From positions 55,871-119,870 of the forward strand of contig CAJAIK010000115.1 in assembly GCA_903939765.1 (NCBI GenBank): a stretch of 64,000 nt of DNA. The letters run 5' to 3'. Source of the DNA: an uncultured Chlorobiaceae bacterium. GTDB lineage: Bacteria > Bacteroidota > Chlorobiia > Chlorobiales > Chlorobiaceae. Of the stretch, positions 44,642 through 55,471 are shown piece after piece (within the stretch, counting starts at the first letter, position 1; each line of letters begins with the position of its first letter). A program made the translations under genes and the position numbers. The notes under the pieces were generated by a model. The model was given only the letters and a program-made list of their open reading frames with translations, searched no databases and had not been told where the DNA came from.

Positions 44642-46336
44642 TTAACTCTCCACCGCAGTCATGATGCTGCCCGCAATACTCTTGCAGTAATGATGAACCT
44701 GTTCGAACAGGTTGATGAGTTCCATGTGGATATTGTGGGTCAGCTCTGCTTCGCGAATATGGAAGACTCTTTTCAAGTGGGCGGTTTCAGCCTGTGCCAC
44801 CAGCCGTTTAAACCGCTCATCACCCTGAAGAAGCTGGCCCGCTTTCTGTGCATCCATCTTCTTCAGAGCATCGGCAAGATGATCAATTTCAAGACAGACA
44901 AGACGGTGTATCTCCATAAGCTCATCTTTGCCCTCCTGGCTCAAATCGCTCTCCACTCCCTGTTTTTTGTTGAACAGTTTTTCTTCAAGAGTCTCAATAA
45001 CATCGCCGATGGATTCCAGCCCCTTGATAATGTTCATGAGAGCGAAAACCTCCCTCGACTCCTGTTCGCTGAGGGAACTGCGGCTGATTTTGATGAGATA
45101 ATCGGAGATACGGGCTTCAAGAAAGTCAAGTTTCTCTTCTCTCATGCTCATACCCTTGACCACGGAGAGTTTTGGAAACACCACATCATGGCCGGGATCG
45201 GTGCTGAGAAAGGGATAGAGTGATGCGTGCACCATTTTTGCGGCAATGCTGCCCATCCTTGCCACTTCAGCCTTGACATAACCAAGAGCCAGTACAGGGG
45301 TAGAGAGAGCCGCCTCTTTCAGATACCAGGCTGCGGGAATAAGCCTTGTCTCCTGCTGGTCGTCCGGAAGAAGCCGGTAAAGCAGCCGGTCGAAGGGCAC
45401 AAGGAAGGGAAGAATAAGAAATGCCATGGCGATATTGAGCAGTGAATGGGCATTGGCAATCTGTCGGGGCACCTCAAGCGCAAACTTCTCGGCACCCACG
45501 CCCTCTGCTGAAGGCGAAATAATGCGAATAAATTCGGCAAGCTGTGGAATGAAAAGGAAAAAAATGAGCACTCCGGTCACATTAAAGAGCACCTGCGCCA
45601 GCGCAACCCTCTTTGCCGCACGATGCATTCCGGCACTTGCCAGCACTCCCGTTATACAGGTGCCTATGTTGGCGCCAAGCAGCAATGCAATCCCGGCTTC
45701 AAGACTCAACGCGCCTTGCAAGGCCAGCGTTATAAGGATACCAATAAAAGCCGCACTGCTGTGCATCAGGGCGGTCAAGGCCATGCCCGCGGCAACACCA
45801 AGAAATGGATTGTCGAGATAACGCAAGAGAGAGAGAAAGGGCGCAAAACGCTCAAGAGGTGCGACCGCCTCCGACATGACCTTCAGCCCGAAAAAAAGGA
45901 GGCCGAATCCCGAAAGTGCCTCGCCGGTGAAACGGAGGGGTTCCGTTTTTCCCAATGAACTCAAGGCAAATCCTGAGGCAAAAATGATCAGGGCATAATC
46001 GTGCAGCCTGAAGGCAACAAGCTGAGCCATGGCCGTTGTCCCGATTTCAGCACCAAGAATGACGGCCAGCGATTGTGTGCTGGTCATAAGCCGGGATTGC
46101 ACCAGACCAACAAGGATCGCGATAATGGTGCTGCTGCTCTGAACAACCATGGTGGCAAACGCTCCGGCAAACATCCCGTACAAACTGTTGCCGGTTACCT
46201 TTGATATCAACTGTCGCATCCGTGTCCCCGACGCCTTTTTCAGGCCGCTGCTCATCAGCCTGATGCCATAGAGAAAAAGCGCCAGCCCCCCGGCAAAGAG
46301 AATGGCTATGCCGCCGAGCGAAAGTGTTTCATTCAT
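44642..46336 (-). CDS. Na/Pi cotransporter family protein with C-terminal PhoU-like domains
   Basis: 564 aa. The N-terminal half is polytopic with duplicated Na_Pi_cotrans-like repeats (QSSSTIIAILVGL; HSSAAFIGILITL). The C-terminal half is helical and PhoU-like. Confidence 0.8.
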   Translation of the reverse strand: MNETLSLGGIAILFAGGLALFLYGIRLMSSGLKKASGTRMRQLISKVTGNSLYGMFAGAFATMVVQSSSTIIAILVGLVQSRLMTSTQSLAVILGAEIGTTAMAQLVAFRLHDYALIIFASGFALSSLGKTEPLRFTGEALSGFGLLFFGLKVMSEAVAPLERFAPFLSLLRYLDNPFLGVAAGMALTALMHSSAAFIGILITLALQGALSLEAGIALLLGANIGTCITGVLASAGMHRAAKRVALAQVLFNVTGVLIFFLFIPQLAEFIRIISPSAEGVGAEKFALEVPRQIANAHSLLNIAMAFLILPFLVPFDRLLYRLLPDDQQETRLIPAAWYLKEAALSTPVLALGYVKAEVARMGSIAAKMVHASLYPFLSTDPGHDVVFPKLSVVKGMSMREEKLDFLEARISDYLIKISRSSLSEQESREVFALMNIIKGLESIGDVIETLEEKLFNKKQGVESDLSQEGKDELMEIHRLVCLEIDHLADALKKMDAQKAGQLLQGDERFKRLVAQAETAHLKRVFHIREAELTHNIHMELINLFEQVHHYCKSIAGSIMTAVES

Positions 46337-46371
46337 GACCGCTTCTCCACCATAACACAGTTACAAAAGGT

Positions 46372-46836
46372 TCACAGAGTACCTAAAATCTCCTCAATTT
46401 TTTTCCGTCTGTAGGCAAAAACCTCTTCAAGCCGCCTGCTGACAATCAAGGTATTGACAATGTCGCCAAAAAAGTCCATAGGCATGACATAGACAACGTG
46501 ATCGATCATTTCAACACCACCCGGAATTTCACGAAACTGATGGAGATGATGCCAGCTCTCATAGGGTCCCGATTTCTGACTGTCTTCGAACAATAATGGC
46601 CGCTCAACCCTTATTATTTCAGTCTCCCACCGGAGTGGGAGCATCATGAAGGGATAGAGCGTATAGGCAATGAGCATTCCCTCATAAATCGGCTGGTTGC
46701 CCTCACCACTCGTTATCCTGAACATCATTTCCGGTGGCGTTATCCGGGCAAGGTTGGCAGGAGAAGAAAAAAAGTTCCACGCATCCTCCATTGATACGGG
46801 AATGCGTTGTTTATAGGTCAGGGAGTTTGATCCCAT
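46372..46836 (-). CDS. SRPBCC-superfamily ligand-binding protein
   Basis: 154 aa. The pattern ...VSMEDAWNFFSSPANLARITPP...WHHLHQF is typical of SRPBCC/cyclase-dehydrase fold proteins. Confidence 0.6.
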   Translation of the reverse strand: MGSNSLTYKQRIPVSMEDAWNFFSSPANLARITPPEMMFRITSGEGNQPIYEGMLIAYTLYPFMMLPLRWETEIIRVERPLLFEDSQKSGPYESWHHLHQFREIPGGVEMIDHVVYVMPMDFFGDIVNTLIVSRRLEEVFAYRRKKIEEILGTL

Positions 46837-47004
46837 GATACTGAACGGTTAAATCCTTTTTGTTAATGCTTTCAAGTTCAAGCTGTAACATTTTTTTCTG
46901 GTAAAACGTATCCGCGATTATGCAGGTGTCTCATCTTTTTTTGCCATTTTTACTGATTCAAAATCTCCAATTTTTTTAAAACCGTCGATTGAACAATCTC
47001 CTGC

Positions 47005-47418
47005 ATGACAAAAGCCACCGTTGCCGCTATCATTACTCCCGATGATGACCGACGCGACACCATCCTGCTTACGAAACGGAGTGTTTCGCCCTTTCAGGGC
47101 CACTGGTGCCTGCCGGGAGGGCACATTGACGACTATGAAACGGCCGAAGAGGCAGTTGTTCGCGAAGTTCGTGAAGAGACCGGCCTCTTTCTGGCCTCAC
47201 CGGTTTTTCTTCACTATTTCAACGAACTCTTTCCGGAGTACCACTTTCATGCCGTGGCGCTTGCATTTTACGGCAAAGGAATTGGTTCGATAGAGCTGAT
47301 GCCAAACGAAGTAGAAGAGATAGCCTGGTTTCCGCTTGATGAGGCACTCGCCCTTCCACTTGCCTTTAATCACCTGCAGATTATACGCACCTATTATTCC
47401 AAAATACTTTGCAGTTAA
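47005..47418 (+). CDS. NUDIX hydrolase
   Basis: The Nudix box [30 protein letters not shown] is present. Confidence 0.85.
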   Translation: MTKATVAAIITPDDDRRDTILLTKRSVSPFQGHWCLPGGHIDDYETAEEAVVREVREETGLFLASPVFLHYFNELFPEYHFHAVALAFYGKGIGSIELMPNEVEEIAWFPLDEALALPLAFNHLQIIRTYYSKILCS

Positions 47419-47540
47419 TTTTTTGCAAATCTGTTCAAATAATCCAAAAAGTCGCATGATTTCAGGCGTGAGAGAACACCGGAATTTATTGACTTCACTG
47501 GCTGCCTGAAGGCTCAATTTTGAGCTGACCGCCTGGGTTA

Positions 47541-47741
47541 TTGCTAATTTCCGACTACAGTTGGCTGAAGCGGGGTAAGCGTGAGCGGGCGGGGGTGTAT
47601 CGGGAGCTGTATCTGGCGGTTGAGCGGGCGGAAGCTAAGGTTGAGGTGTTTCCGTTGAAGAATATTGAGACCGCATCAATAAAGAACTGGTTTGCGTCTG
47701 TGTGGTTTTTGGAGCGGAAGCATCCTGAGCGATGTGGGTAA
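47541..47741 (+). pseudogene. Possible remnant of a phage terminase small-subunit-like gene
   Basis: The C-terminal WFASVWFLERKHPERCG resembles the conserved W..AAWLLER..PE..G end of small phage DNA-packaging/HTH proteins. It is an isolated 66-aa ORF in a decayed patch. Confidence 0.3.
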
Positions 47742-48568
47742 ACGTTCAGTTGGTTATTCCACACTCCTTGAGTTAGTACCTCAATATTGTTCCTGCGTTT
47801 TTTACCTTACAGAGCGACCTGCCTGCCAACCACCGATAGCGATATTAACGTATTGCATCATAAATCCATATTTCGTTTACGGATGAGAGTATAAAGTGCA
47901 GATCAATAAAAGACTGAATCCACATAATCGGTGGGTTATTGACTTGCAATTCACATAAGAGACCATGTACTCACGATCTATAATACGACTAATCTCATAC
48001 ATGGAAAACAGTTATCGCATTTAATCGATTTGATTTATGCTTTTTATACGGATCAGCATAAAAAACCTGATTACGGCCTCTCTTACAAAAAACTTAAGGG
48101 GGAAAGTATGCAAGAGTTTTGAATTTCATAACTGTCTTCAGTGTATTATTTTATACGTGACGGCAAATGGTGCGCAGGGCGAAAGTTGGACAAGCAAGTG
48201 GAGCTTGGCCGGATTTTGGCTGGCCGGCAGCCCTGTTTTGCGACAGTCAAGAAGAAAAGCGGCACTCAGCTTTCGCGGTAATATTGCCAGAAAACTTTGA
48301 TATTTGTTTTTTTATTCGTAACAATTGCTAATAATATCCTCTATTAAGAAACAAAAATCTGTACGGCTGTAATTGTGTCAAAGCCTTCAACAAGTGAGGA
48401 AAAGGTTTGCATGACCCTTGTGCCGTTTTGTCTGAGCGGTATAAACCAGGATGATAAACAGGTATTGTTTTTTTGCTCGATTGATGCGCCTTTTTGGTCA
48501 TCATATCCTGCGGCCTTGGCAGGCATATCAGCTTTTCATTACTTTCCCTAATTTTAAAGTTAAACAAC

Positions 48569-48880
48569 ATGGCAACCGCATGGGTATATGTCCAAAACAA
48601 CGGCAGTGGAACCCCGAAAATTATCAGGGGTAGCCATTCCCAGATTACAGTCATACAAAAACAAGCGGGAGAGTATGTCGTTACCTTCCCTCAATCAGTC
48701 AAGAACCTCACCTGTGTCGGAACCCTGAATAATAGCGTTGGAACCATTACCGTGGTTCCGGGCGAACACTCAGGCTTGGCGTCTAATCAGGTACGGGTTT
48801 TAACCTTAACCTTACAAAATAATTTCGGCGGTACCTACGACTTCAGCCTTGCGGCATTTTATAAGACTACCCGTGTTTGA
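48569..48880 (+). CDS. Hypothetical small beta-rich protein
   Basis: The ATG at 48569 gives 103 aa (MATAWVYVQNNGSGTPKIIRG...) with a coding-like composition. I recognise no motif. Confidence 0.4.
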   Translation: MATAWVYVQNNGSGTPKIIRGSHSQITVIQKQAGEYVVTFPQSVKNLTCVGTLNNSVGTITVVPGEHSGLASNQVRVLTLTLQNNFGGTYDFSLAAFYKTTRV

Positions 48881-49447
48881 TTGATTATAAATATTTTTTC
48901 ATAGGACTCGACGTTAGCACATAAATCGAATATTCGGCTTTTGTCAGTTCAGCCGAGTAGTTCGAATAAAGGATCTATCGTTCCCCGATGTTTCCACTTA
49001 GCAAAAAGTATGACAGCGTGGCTTTTTTGCCAGGAATAGGATGGGGGCGGTTGGCGGGACGGAGTGCGTGAATGGCGCGAGTTTGCGCACTACTGGAATG
49101 GACAAACAGATGATGAAGGCGATAAAGTGAATTTACCGAAAAATAATAATTGGGCTTGTTCATTCTCAAGATTAATGCTACCATAAGGTTATAATTATAT
49201 GGTTTTTTTTGTCTTTAATCAGGGCGTTTCTGGCCTCTCTCTGGCCACAACAGGCCAAACTTTTCAGGCGCGGCAATGGCTGATCCTCCCCTCCCAGTTT
49301 TATAAAAGCCGTGATGATTACCAATGGTCGCATTATAATGGACTTCAGCAGCGTGATGTGTCAACACAGATTTCCTGCTAAATACAGGCTGAGTGGTTTG
49401 GTTTACAGCCCGACTCTTTTCTGTAAATTCCTGAGACTGGTATTACC

Positions 49448-52400
49448 ATGAAGAGCTGTGAACCTTTCGATGAGGAAGCACAAACTGAAATCACCAGAAA
49501 ACCAGGTAAATCCTCACTCTTTGCCTTGTTTCACTCTTTTCCGGATGTGTTTTTTGTTATTTCTCCCACGGGTACTATTCTCGATGCAAATCAAGCTTTT
49601 GCTGACCGGTTTCATAAAACCCCGGAAGAATTCTGTGGCTTGAATGTTTTTGATTTTCTGCCACAGGAGGTCGTAGCTGAACGAATGACAATGGTGCGAG
49701 AGGCCGTGCGCACCGCCAAAGTTGTTACCTTTGATGATGAAAGTAACGGTCAACTGACACGCAGTACCATTTACCCCTACAAATCGGCTGAAGGCAACGT
49801 TGATCGATTGCTTATCCTTGCACAGGATATCACCGATGTCGAGCAGTTACTGAAAAAAGAGCAGTTCTTTAATAAACAGATCATCAATGCTATTCCAGGA
49901 AATTTTTATCTCCTGGATGCGAACGGAAAGTTTGTTGCCTGGAATGAGCAATTCTGTAAGAATCGCTCTGGGGTATCAGAAGATGAAATGATTGGGACTA
50001 TCGGGTTAGAAGCCATCCATCCGGACGATCGAAGTCGTGCTCTTGAGACACTGCAAAATGTTATACAGAATGGCACGGAAACAACTCAAGAATTCCGGGT
50101 AGTGCGTCGAGGAGGATCTGCTCTTGAGTGGCGCCTCATGACCGACAAAAGAATCATGATTGATGGTGCTCCCTTTCTTATCGGCGTTAGTATTGATATC
50201 ACTGATCGCAAACATGCAGAAGAGGCATTACTGAAAAGTGAGGAGCGGTTCAGAACACTTTTTAACAGCAGTTCAGCAATCCAGGCTTTGCTTGACCCCG
50301 ATACGGGAAAAGTACTCGACGTCAATCAAACGGCCGCAGAGTGGTATGGATGGAGCGTTGATGAACTCAAGCAGATGTTTACCCGCGATGTCAATACTCT
50401 TTCGCAGGCAGAGATTGAAAAAAGCCTGCAAACTGTAGATGCCAGAGAACACAATAAATTCATAGGGCAACACAGGAGGGCTGATGGCTCCATTCGTGAT
50501 GTGGAGATATTCCGTAACAAGATAGAAATCGACGGAAAGCCTGTTATTCACGCCATTATCCATGACATTACCGAACGAAAGCTGGCAGAAAAAGAACTTG
50601 AGCGGCTGAATCGTGTTCTTATGGTGAGCGACCAGTGTAACAAAGCTCTGATTCATGCACAAGATGAACGAGAATTGCTGCAAAAAATATGCCGCATCAT
50701 CGTTGATATCGGTGGTTACCGAATGGCCTGGGTTGGGTATGCACTGGACGATGAAACAAAAAGCTTGCACCCGGCCACCTCGGCAGGCAGTATTGGTGAT
50801 TATTTTGATTCGACTACCATATCGTGGGCTGATGACCAATATGGACAGGAACCTGCAGGAAGTGCAATACGTACTGGCAAAACTGTTTCTGTGAATCATA
50901 TTCTGACCAATTCACAGTTCGATTTATGGCGTCCTCCTGCAATAAAAAATGGTTATGCGGCTGCTCTGGGTTTACCGTTATCCATCGACAATCATGTGGT
51001 TGGCGCATTGACAATTTATTCCGAACTGCCAGATGCTTTTAATGCTGCCGAGACTTTGCAGCTCACTTCACTTGCGGATAATCTTGCCTTTGGCATCAAG
51101 ATGCTGCGACAGAGCGATGCACTGAAAAAAAGCGAAATGCGGTTCAGAAAGCTCTTTGAACGCAATGCCGCAATCAAGCTCCTTCTTGATCCGGAAAATG
51201 GCAATATTATTGATGCCAATCCTGCGGCATCAAACTTTTACGGATGGTCAGTTGATGAGTTGAGGCGAATGAACATAGCACAAATCAACTCCGCAATACA
51301 ACTGAAATTCGTCAAAAACAACCTGGCAAAAGTCATCAACGAGGGCCATGCCAGCTCTTCGTTTCGTCATGTCATGAAAGACGGATCTGTGCGTGATGTT
51401 AATGTGCTCAGCACTAAAATCAATGATGGTAACAAAGATTTGATCAACGCCATTATTTACGACGTAACCGAAAATAAACGATATGAACAGATTAATGCGT
51501 TACGGCTCCACATACTCCAGATAGCTGATACTCATTCGGTTGAGGATCTGCTGATGGCAACTCTTGACGAAGCGGAAAAGCTGACGGGAAGTGAAATCGG
51601 GTTTGTCTTTTTTGTGGCTGAAGATCAAAACACCCTGTTGCTGCAGGCTGTATCAACCAATACTTTTGAGAATGTGTGCAAGGCGGAAGGAAAGGGAGTG
51701 CACTATCCTCTGGACAAGGCCGGTGTATGGGCAGATGCTGTACGAGCAAAAAAAGCGATTATCCATAATGATTATCTCTCACTCAAGCATCGCACGGGAA
51801 TGCCGGAGGGCATTGCTGAAATAAGGCGTGAACTGGTTATTCCGGTCAATCGTGACGGGAAAATCGTCGCTATCATGGGAGTGGGAAACAAGCAGAGTGA
51901 CTATGATGACAAGGATATTGCATACATGGAGTTGATTGCCAATCATACCTGGGATATTGTTGCCAAAAAGATTGCTGATGAGGAAAAGAAGATGCTTGCT
52001 GACCAGCTTCAGCAATCAATGAAGATGGAGATGATCGGCCAGCTTTCCGCCGGGATTGCGCACGAAATCAATAACCCGCTCAATTACATTACCCTCAACG
52101 AATATAACCTTAAGGATGATTTTGACGATCTTTGCCTGCTTGTGGGCCAGTACCGCCGTCTCATTGGCAACTTCATAGCAGGAAAAGCGGAAACCAGAGA
52201 AGTCGAGCAGCTTCGTGAAAAAGAGAGAGAGTTCGATATTGACCAGCTCCTCAAAAGCATTCCTGAATCGCTTGAAAACTCAAAAAGCGGGATTCAACGC
52301 ATTACGGCCATCACCCGCAGCATGAAGAGCTACTCTTTCAAGAATGCCTCTGAGCAGTTATTCCGCTTTGATCTCAACAAGGCAATTCATGAAGCGGTTG

Positions 52401-52831
52401 TTATTGCAAAACACGAATACAGTAAAATTGCCACGGTTGGCTTGCAGCTCGAAGAACTTCCCCAACTTCTTTGCAATCCGCCTCAAATCAGTCAAGTGAT
52501 TCTTAATCTGATTATCAACAGCAGTCATGCCATCAAGTCACAAAACAGGGAGTCTCCTGGCAAGATTGAGATTAAAACATGGGCAACTGATGAGGGCGTC
52601 TTTTGCTCCGTTACGGATGATGGTCCGGGAATCCCTGAATCGGTCATAAATAAAGTATTTGAACCGTTCTTTACAACCAAGGAACCGGGAAAAGGTACCG
52701 GGCTTGGCTTAAGTGTCAGCTATGACATCATAGTCAACAAGCATAAGGGAAGCCTCTCCGCGGTCAGTTTGCCGGAAGGTGGCACGGTGTTTACGTTTTC
52801 ACTTCCTGTTACAAAAGTGCTGAGTGTTTGA
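49448..52831 (+). CDS. Multi-sensor hybrid-type histidine kinase (PAS x4, GAF x2, HisKA-like, HATPase_c)
   Basis: Repeated PAS cores (e.g. DITDRKHAEEAL, DITERKLAEKEL boundary motifs), two GAF-like blocks, H-box GIAHEINNPLNY, N-box NLIINSSHAI, G1 DDGPGI and G2 GKGTGLGLS. Confidence 0.9.
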   Translation: MKSCEPFDEEAQTEITRKPGKSSLFALFHSFPDVFFVISPTGTILDANQAFADRFHKTPEEFCGLNVFDFLPQEVVAERMTMVREAVRTAKVVTFDDESNGQLTRSTIYPYKSAEGNVDRLLILAQDITDVEQLLKKEQFFNKQIINAIPGNFYLLDANGKFVAWNEQFCKNRSGVSEDEMIGTIGLEAIHPDDRSRALETLQNVIQNGTETTQEFRVVRRGGSALEWRLMTDKRIMIDGAPFLIGVSIDITDRKHAEEALLKSEERFRTLFNSSSAIQALLDPDTGKVLDVNQTAAEWYGWSVDELKQMFTRDVNTLSQAEIEKSLQTVDAREHNKFIGQHRRADGSIRDVEIFRNKIEIDGKPVIHAIIHDITERKLAEKELERLNRVLMVSDQCNKALIHAQDERELLQKICRIIVDIGGYRMAWVGYALDDETKSLHPATSAGSIGDYFDSTTISWADDQYGQEPAGSAIRTGKTVSVNHILTNSQFDLWRPPAIKNGYAAALGLPLSIDNHVVGALTIYSELPDAFNAAETLQLTSLADNLAFGIKMLRQSDALKKSEMRFRKLFERNAAIKLLLDPENGNIIDANPAASNFYGWSVDELRRMNIAQINSAIQLKFVKNNLAKVINEGHASSSFRHVMKDGSVRDVNVLSTKINDGNKDLINAIIYDVTENKRYEQINALRLHILQIADTHSVEDLLMATLDEAEKLTGSEIGFVFFVAEDQNTLLLQAVSTNTFENVCKAEGKGVHYPLDKAGVWADAVRAKKAIIHNDYLSLKHRTGMPEGIAEIRRELVIPVNRDGKIVAIMGVGNKQSDYDDKDIAYMELIANHTWDIVAKKIADEEKKMLADQLQQSMKMEMIGQLSAGIAHEINNPLNYITLNEYNLKDDFDDLCLLVGQYRRLIGNFIAGKAETREVEQLREKEREFDIDQLLKSIPESLENSKSGIQRITAITRSMKSYSFKNASEQLFRFDLNKAIHEAVVIAKHEYSKIATVGLQLEELPQLLCNPPQISQVILNLIINSSHAIKSQNRESPGKIEIKTWATDEGVFCSVTDDGPGIPESVINKVFEPFFTTKEPGKGTGLGLSVSYDIIVNKHKGSLSAVSLPEGGTVFTFSLPVTKVLSV

Positions 52832-52843
52832 TGGTACAGAACA

Positions 52844-53260
52844 TCACCGTGTACATGTTTTATTGTTTTGGTAACAATCGATAGCGTCGATTATGGCTTT
52901 TTTTAAAACCGGCACATCGATGGGTTTGGTGAGCGTGGTAAAAATATGGCCGGGACAAACTTCTTTGACAAGCTCATGCATATTATGGGCTCCGGAGACC
53001 AACATGCAGATAGTATCAGGAAAACGGCTCTTCACCCTCCGAATCAATTCTATTCCGTTTATATCCGGCATGTGAATATCTGAAGCAATGACAACAACAG
53101 GAGCCTTGCCGTTACTCTCCTCCAGCAAGGCAAGGGCTTGTTCAGCAGATTCTGCAAACAGTTTTACGTAGGGCTCCCTGCGAAAACAACTCTTCAGGGC
53201 GCTGAGGATTTCGACTTCATCGTCAACAAACAAAACGGCAATATCAGCAAGACTTGTCAT
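52844..53260 (-). CDS. Stand-alone response-regulator receiver protein
   Basis: LFVDDE, the phospho-acceptor region IASDIHMPDINGIEL, and LTKP. I prefer the ATG at 53260 (138 aa). The longer ORF adds an implausible N-terminal extension. Confidence 0.8.
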   Translation of the reverse strand: MTSLADIAVLFVDDEVEILSALKSCFRREPYVKLFAESAEQALALLEESNGKAPVVVIASDIHMPDINGIELIRRVKSRFPDTICMLVSGAHNMHELVKEVCPGHIFTTLTKPIDVPVLKKAIIDAIDCYQNNKTCTR

Positions 53261-53384
53261 ATTTTTTTGAAATAACCTTGATGTCGAGGCATTGATTTTT
53301 TTACCAGATATAAGGTAAACAGGGTTCACTGTGATTTGCAAGTAATATATTTGGCTCATGCATTTTATTTTAATCACGACGTGT

Positions 53385-53672
53385 TCACTGATTGCCAATC
53401 GGCAACGGTAGCAACCCAAGCTCTTTGAGAAATTCGTTGTGTTTGTTGGTGGCGTTTACAATTCGCTCTTCGAGGTTGAGTAAATCAGCGTGCAGTGCGG
53501 TGAGGTCAATTTCTTCTTCTGCTTTGGCGGTGCTGATATAGCGGGAGATATTGAGGTTGTAACCATTGGATTCAATTTCATCCATTGAGACTCGGCGGGA
53601 GTACCGCTCTTCTTCTTTTCGGAATTGATAAGGTGTCGCTGTCTGTTGAAAACCCTGCCAACCCCTCGGCAA
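53385..53672 (-). pseudogene. C-terminal fragment of a type I R-M methyltransferase subunit (HsdM)
   Basis: YSRRVSMDEIESNGYNLNISRYIST...EEEIDL...NEFLKELGL is the typical HsdM C-terminus. No N-terminal catalytic part and no hsdS/hsdR are present. Confidence 0.6.
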
Positions 53673-53828
53673 TTTTGGTGATGATGGTGCAGAGTTTGGC
53701 GTTGCGATCAGTGCCGTTTAATGAAATTTGTTTCCCACGACCGAATGGATACGATTACACGATCTTCAGGGCTGCGCAGGCGGCCGTATCACTGCTGATC
53801 TCTCCAAGGGGAGGATCGCAAACCCTGT

Positions 53829-54719
53829 CTACAGCCCTTCCACAAGAGTAATCGGCAGACCAGTACAACGTGAAATCGTTTCGATATCCAAACCTGACTC
53901 TTTAAGGCTTTTTGCAACTTCCATGGCCTTTTGCTGACTTCCCTCAGCTCTTCCCTCTGCCTTGCCCTCGACAATCCCCTCAGCCTTGCCCTCATCGTAA
54001 GCGGTATCGACAACATTCTTCAGGTCACGATAGACCTTGAGGCTCTCTTCATAAGCCGCTGCTTCCACAGTTGAATACTTCGCAATTTCTGCCAGTTCAA
54101 ATACTTTGAGAAAGACCCTCTCCTGAAGAGAAGCCGGGCGGTCAGTCAACTCAGGGAGGTGGCGGAGCAGAAAACACCATTTGTCGAAGTCAGTAACAAG
54201 CTCATCAATCGTTTTCGTGAACTTGGGAAGTTCGAGGTAAATAAACGTAAGCTTGTCGGAGAAAACTGCGCCTGTTGAACGATCAACCAGTTTTACTTCA
54301 TGGTGAACGACCTCGTTATCGGCTTTATCCTCATCAAACACGAAATCAAGAATACCGACCATATAGACCGACTTCAGGCAGAAATTCCACGATCCGCTCT
54401 GTGCCTGCTGTTGAACAGGAAAGGTGGCATAAAAAATCGATCGGTCTTTGAAGTAGTTCTGCTTCGCCCGCTGCATCTCAACAATAAATTTTTCGCCCTT
54501 TTCATTTTCACAATAAAGGTCAAAAATTGCCCTGCGGTCGTATTCACTCCGCCCGACCTGTTCATTGGGCAAAAATGAAAGGTCGGAAATTGTACCCACT
54601 TCGGCCGGCAAGAGCGTATTCAAAAACGCTATCAGCAGGTCTTTGTTTACCTCAGAGCCAAAGATTTTTTTGAAACCAAAGTCGGTAAAGGGGTTTATGT
54701 AACGGTCTTTTAAAAGCAT
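53829..54719 (-). CDS. Rpn-family recombination-promoting nuclease/putative transposase (PD-(D/E)XK)
   Basis: The N-terminus RYINPFTDFGFKKIFG, the core IFDLYCENEKGEKFIVEMQ, and the C-terminal AEGIVEGKAEGRAEG repeat. I prefer the ATG at 54719. Confidence 0.8.
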   Translation of the reverse strand: MLLKDRYINPFTDFGFKKIFGSEVNKDLLIAFLNTLLPAEVGTISDLSFLPNEQVGRSEYDRRAIFDLYCENEKGEKFIVEMQRAKQNYFKDRSIFYATFPVQQQAQSGSWNFCLKSVYMVGILDFVFDEDKADNEVVHHEVKLVDRSTGAVFSDKLTFIYLELPKFTKTIDELVTDFDKWCFLLRHLPELTDRPASLQERVFLKVFELAEIAKYSTVEAAAYEESLKVYRDLKNVVDTAYDEGKAEGIVEGKAEGRAEGSQQKAMEVAKSLKESGLDIETISRCTGLPITLVEGL

Positions 54720-55062
54720 AGTGCAGTCCCTTGCTGAACTGAATTTCAATGAGCCCACTGTTTTCTGTTAATATAGGAACTCAGTGGTAACCTGCAATGA
54801 ATCACCATGCCAGGCCGCGAGGTCTGGGGTTTAGCGAGTGGACTTGCAATAATAAATGGACACCCTAAAAAGCCTTTGAGGGTGTAGACCGGAAGCTGGG
54901 TGGTCAGGTGTAGTCGGAAATTAGCAATCAACCTCTCCAGGGAATCTACGATTTCGTCATTCATTCAGCAGCATCTTCTCCAAGTAGTTCTTCGGGGTTG
55001 CAAATGGACTGCCGCGATAAGCCAAATTAAACTGATGGACAGATATCAAATAAAACAACCCC

Positions 55063-55296
55063 TTACATTTCTTTCTTTCTTTGATCAATCAAGTCTCTAT
55101 ATATTTCTTCAATTTTCACCCTGGCCCAACTTGTTTTTCGCAAGAATTTCAAGCTGGACTTAATACTTGGATCATTATAAAAACAACGAATTTCTATCAT
55201 TTTATACAGCTCATCCCAGCCATAGTGATCGACAAGATCACATAGTATTTTTTCAAGAGTTAATCCGTGTAATGGATTGTTTGGTTGATCATTCAT
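55063..55296 (-). CDS. VF530-family (DUF2132) small DNA-binding protein
   Basis: [24 protein letters not shown]...[18 protein letters not shown] matches the VF530 family pattern. Confidence 0.75.
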   Translation of the reverse strand: MNDQPNNPLHGLTLEKILCDLVDHYGWDELYKMIEIRCFYNDPSIKSSLKFLRKTSWARVKIEEIYRDLIDQRKKEM

Positions 55297-55471
55297 ATTT
55301 CTGTATTTCCCGTATCTGCTTATTATATTGGATTATTTTACTATAAAATAATCGTTTTTTGTATTCAAACCCGATTAAAGTGTTGATTATTAATATTTTA
55401 AAATTTTGGCCAAACGCCAAGCCCAGCCGGGAAAGGCCGAATCACAGCCTGACGTCGGCTGGTGCGCTGTG

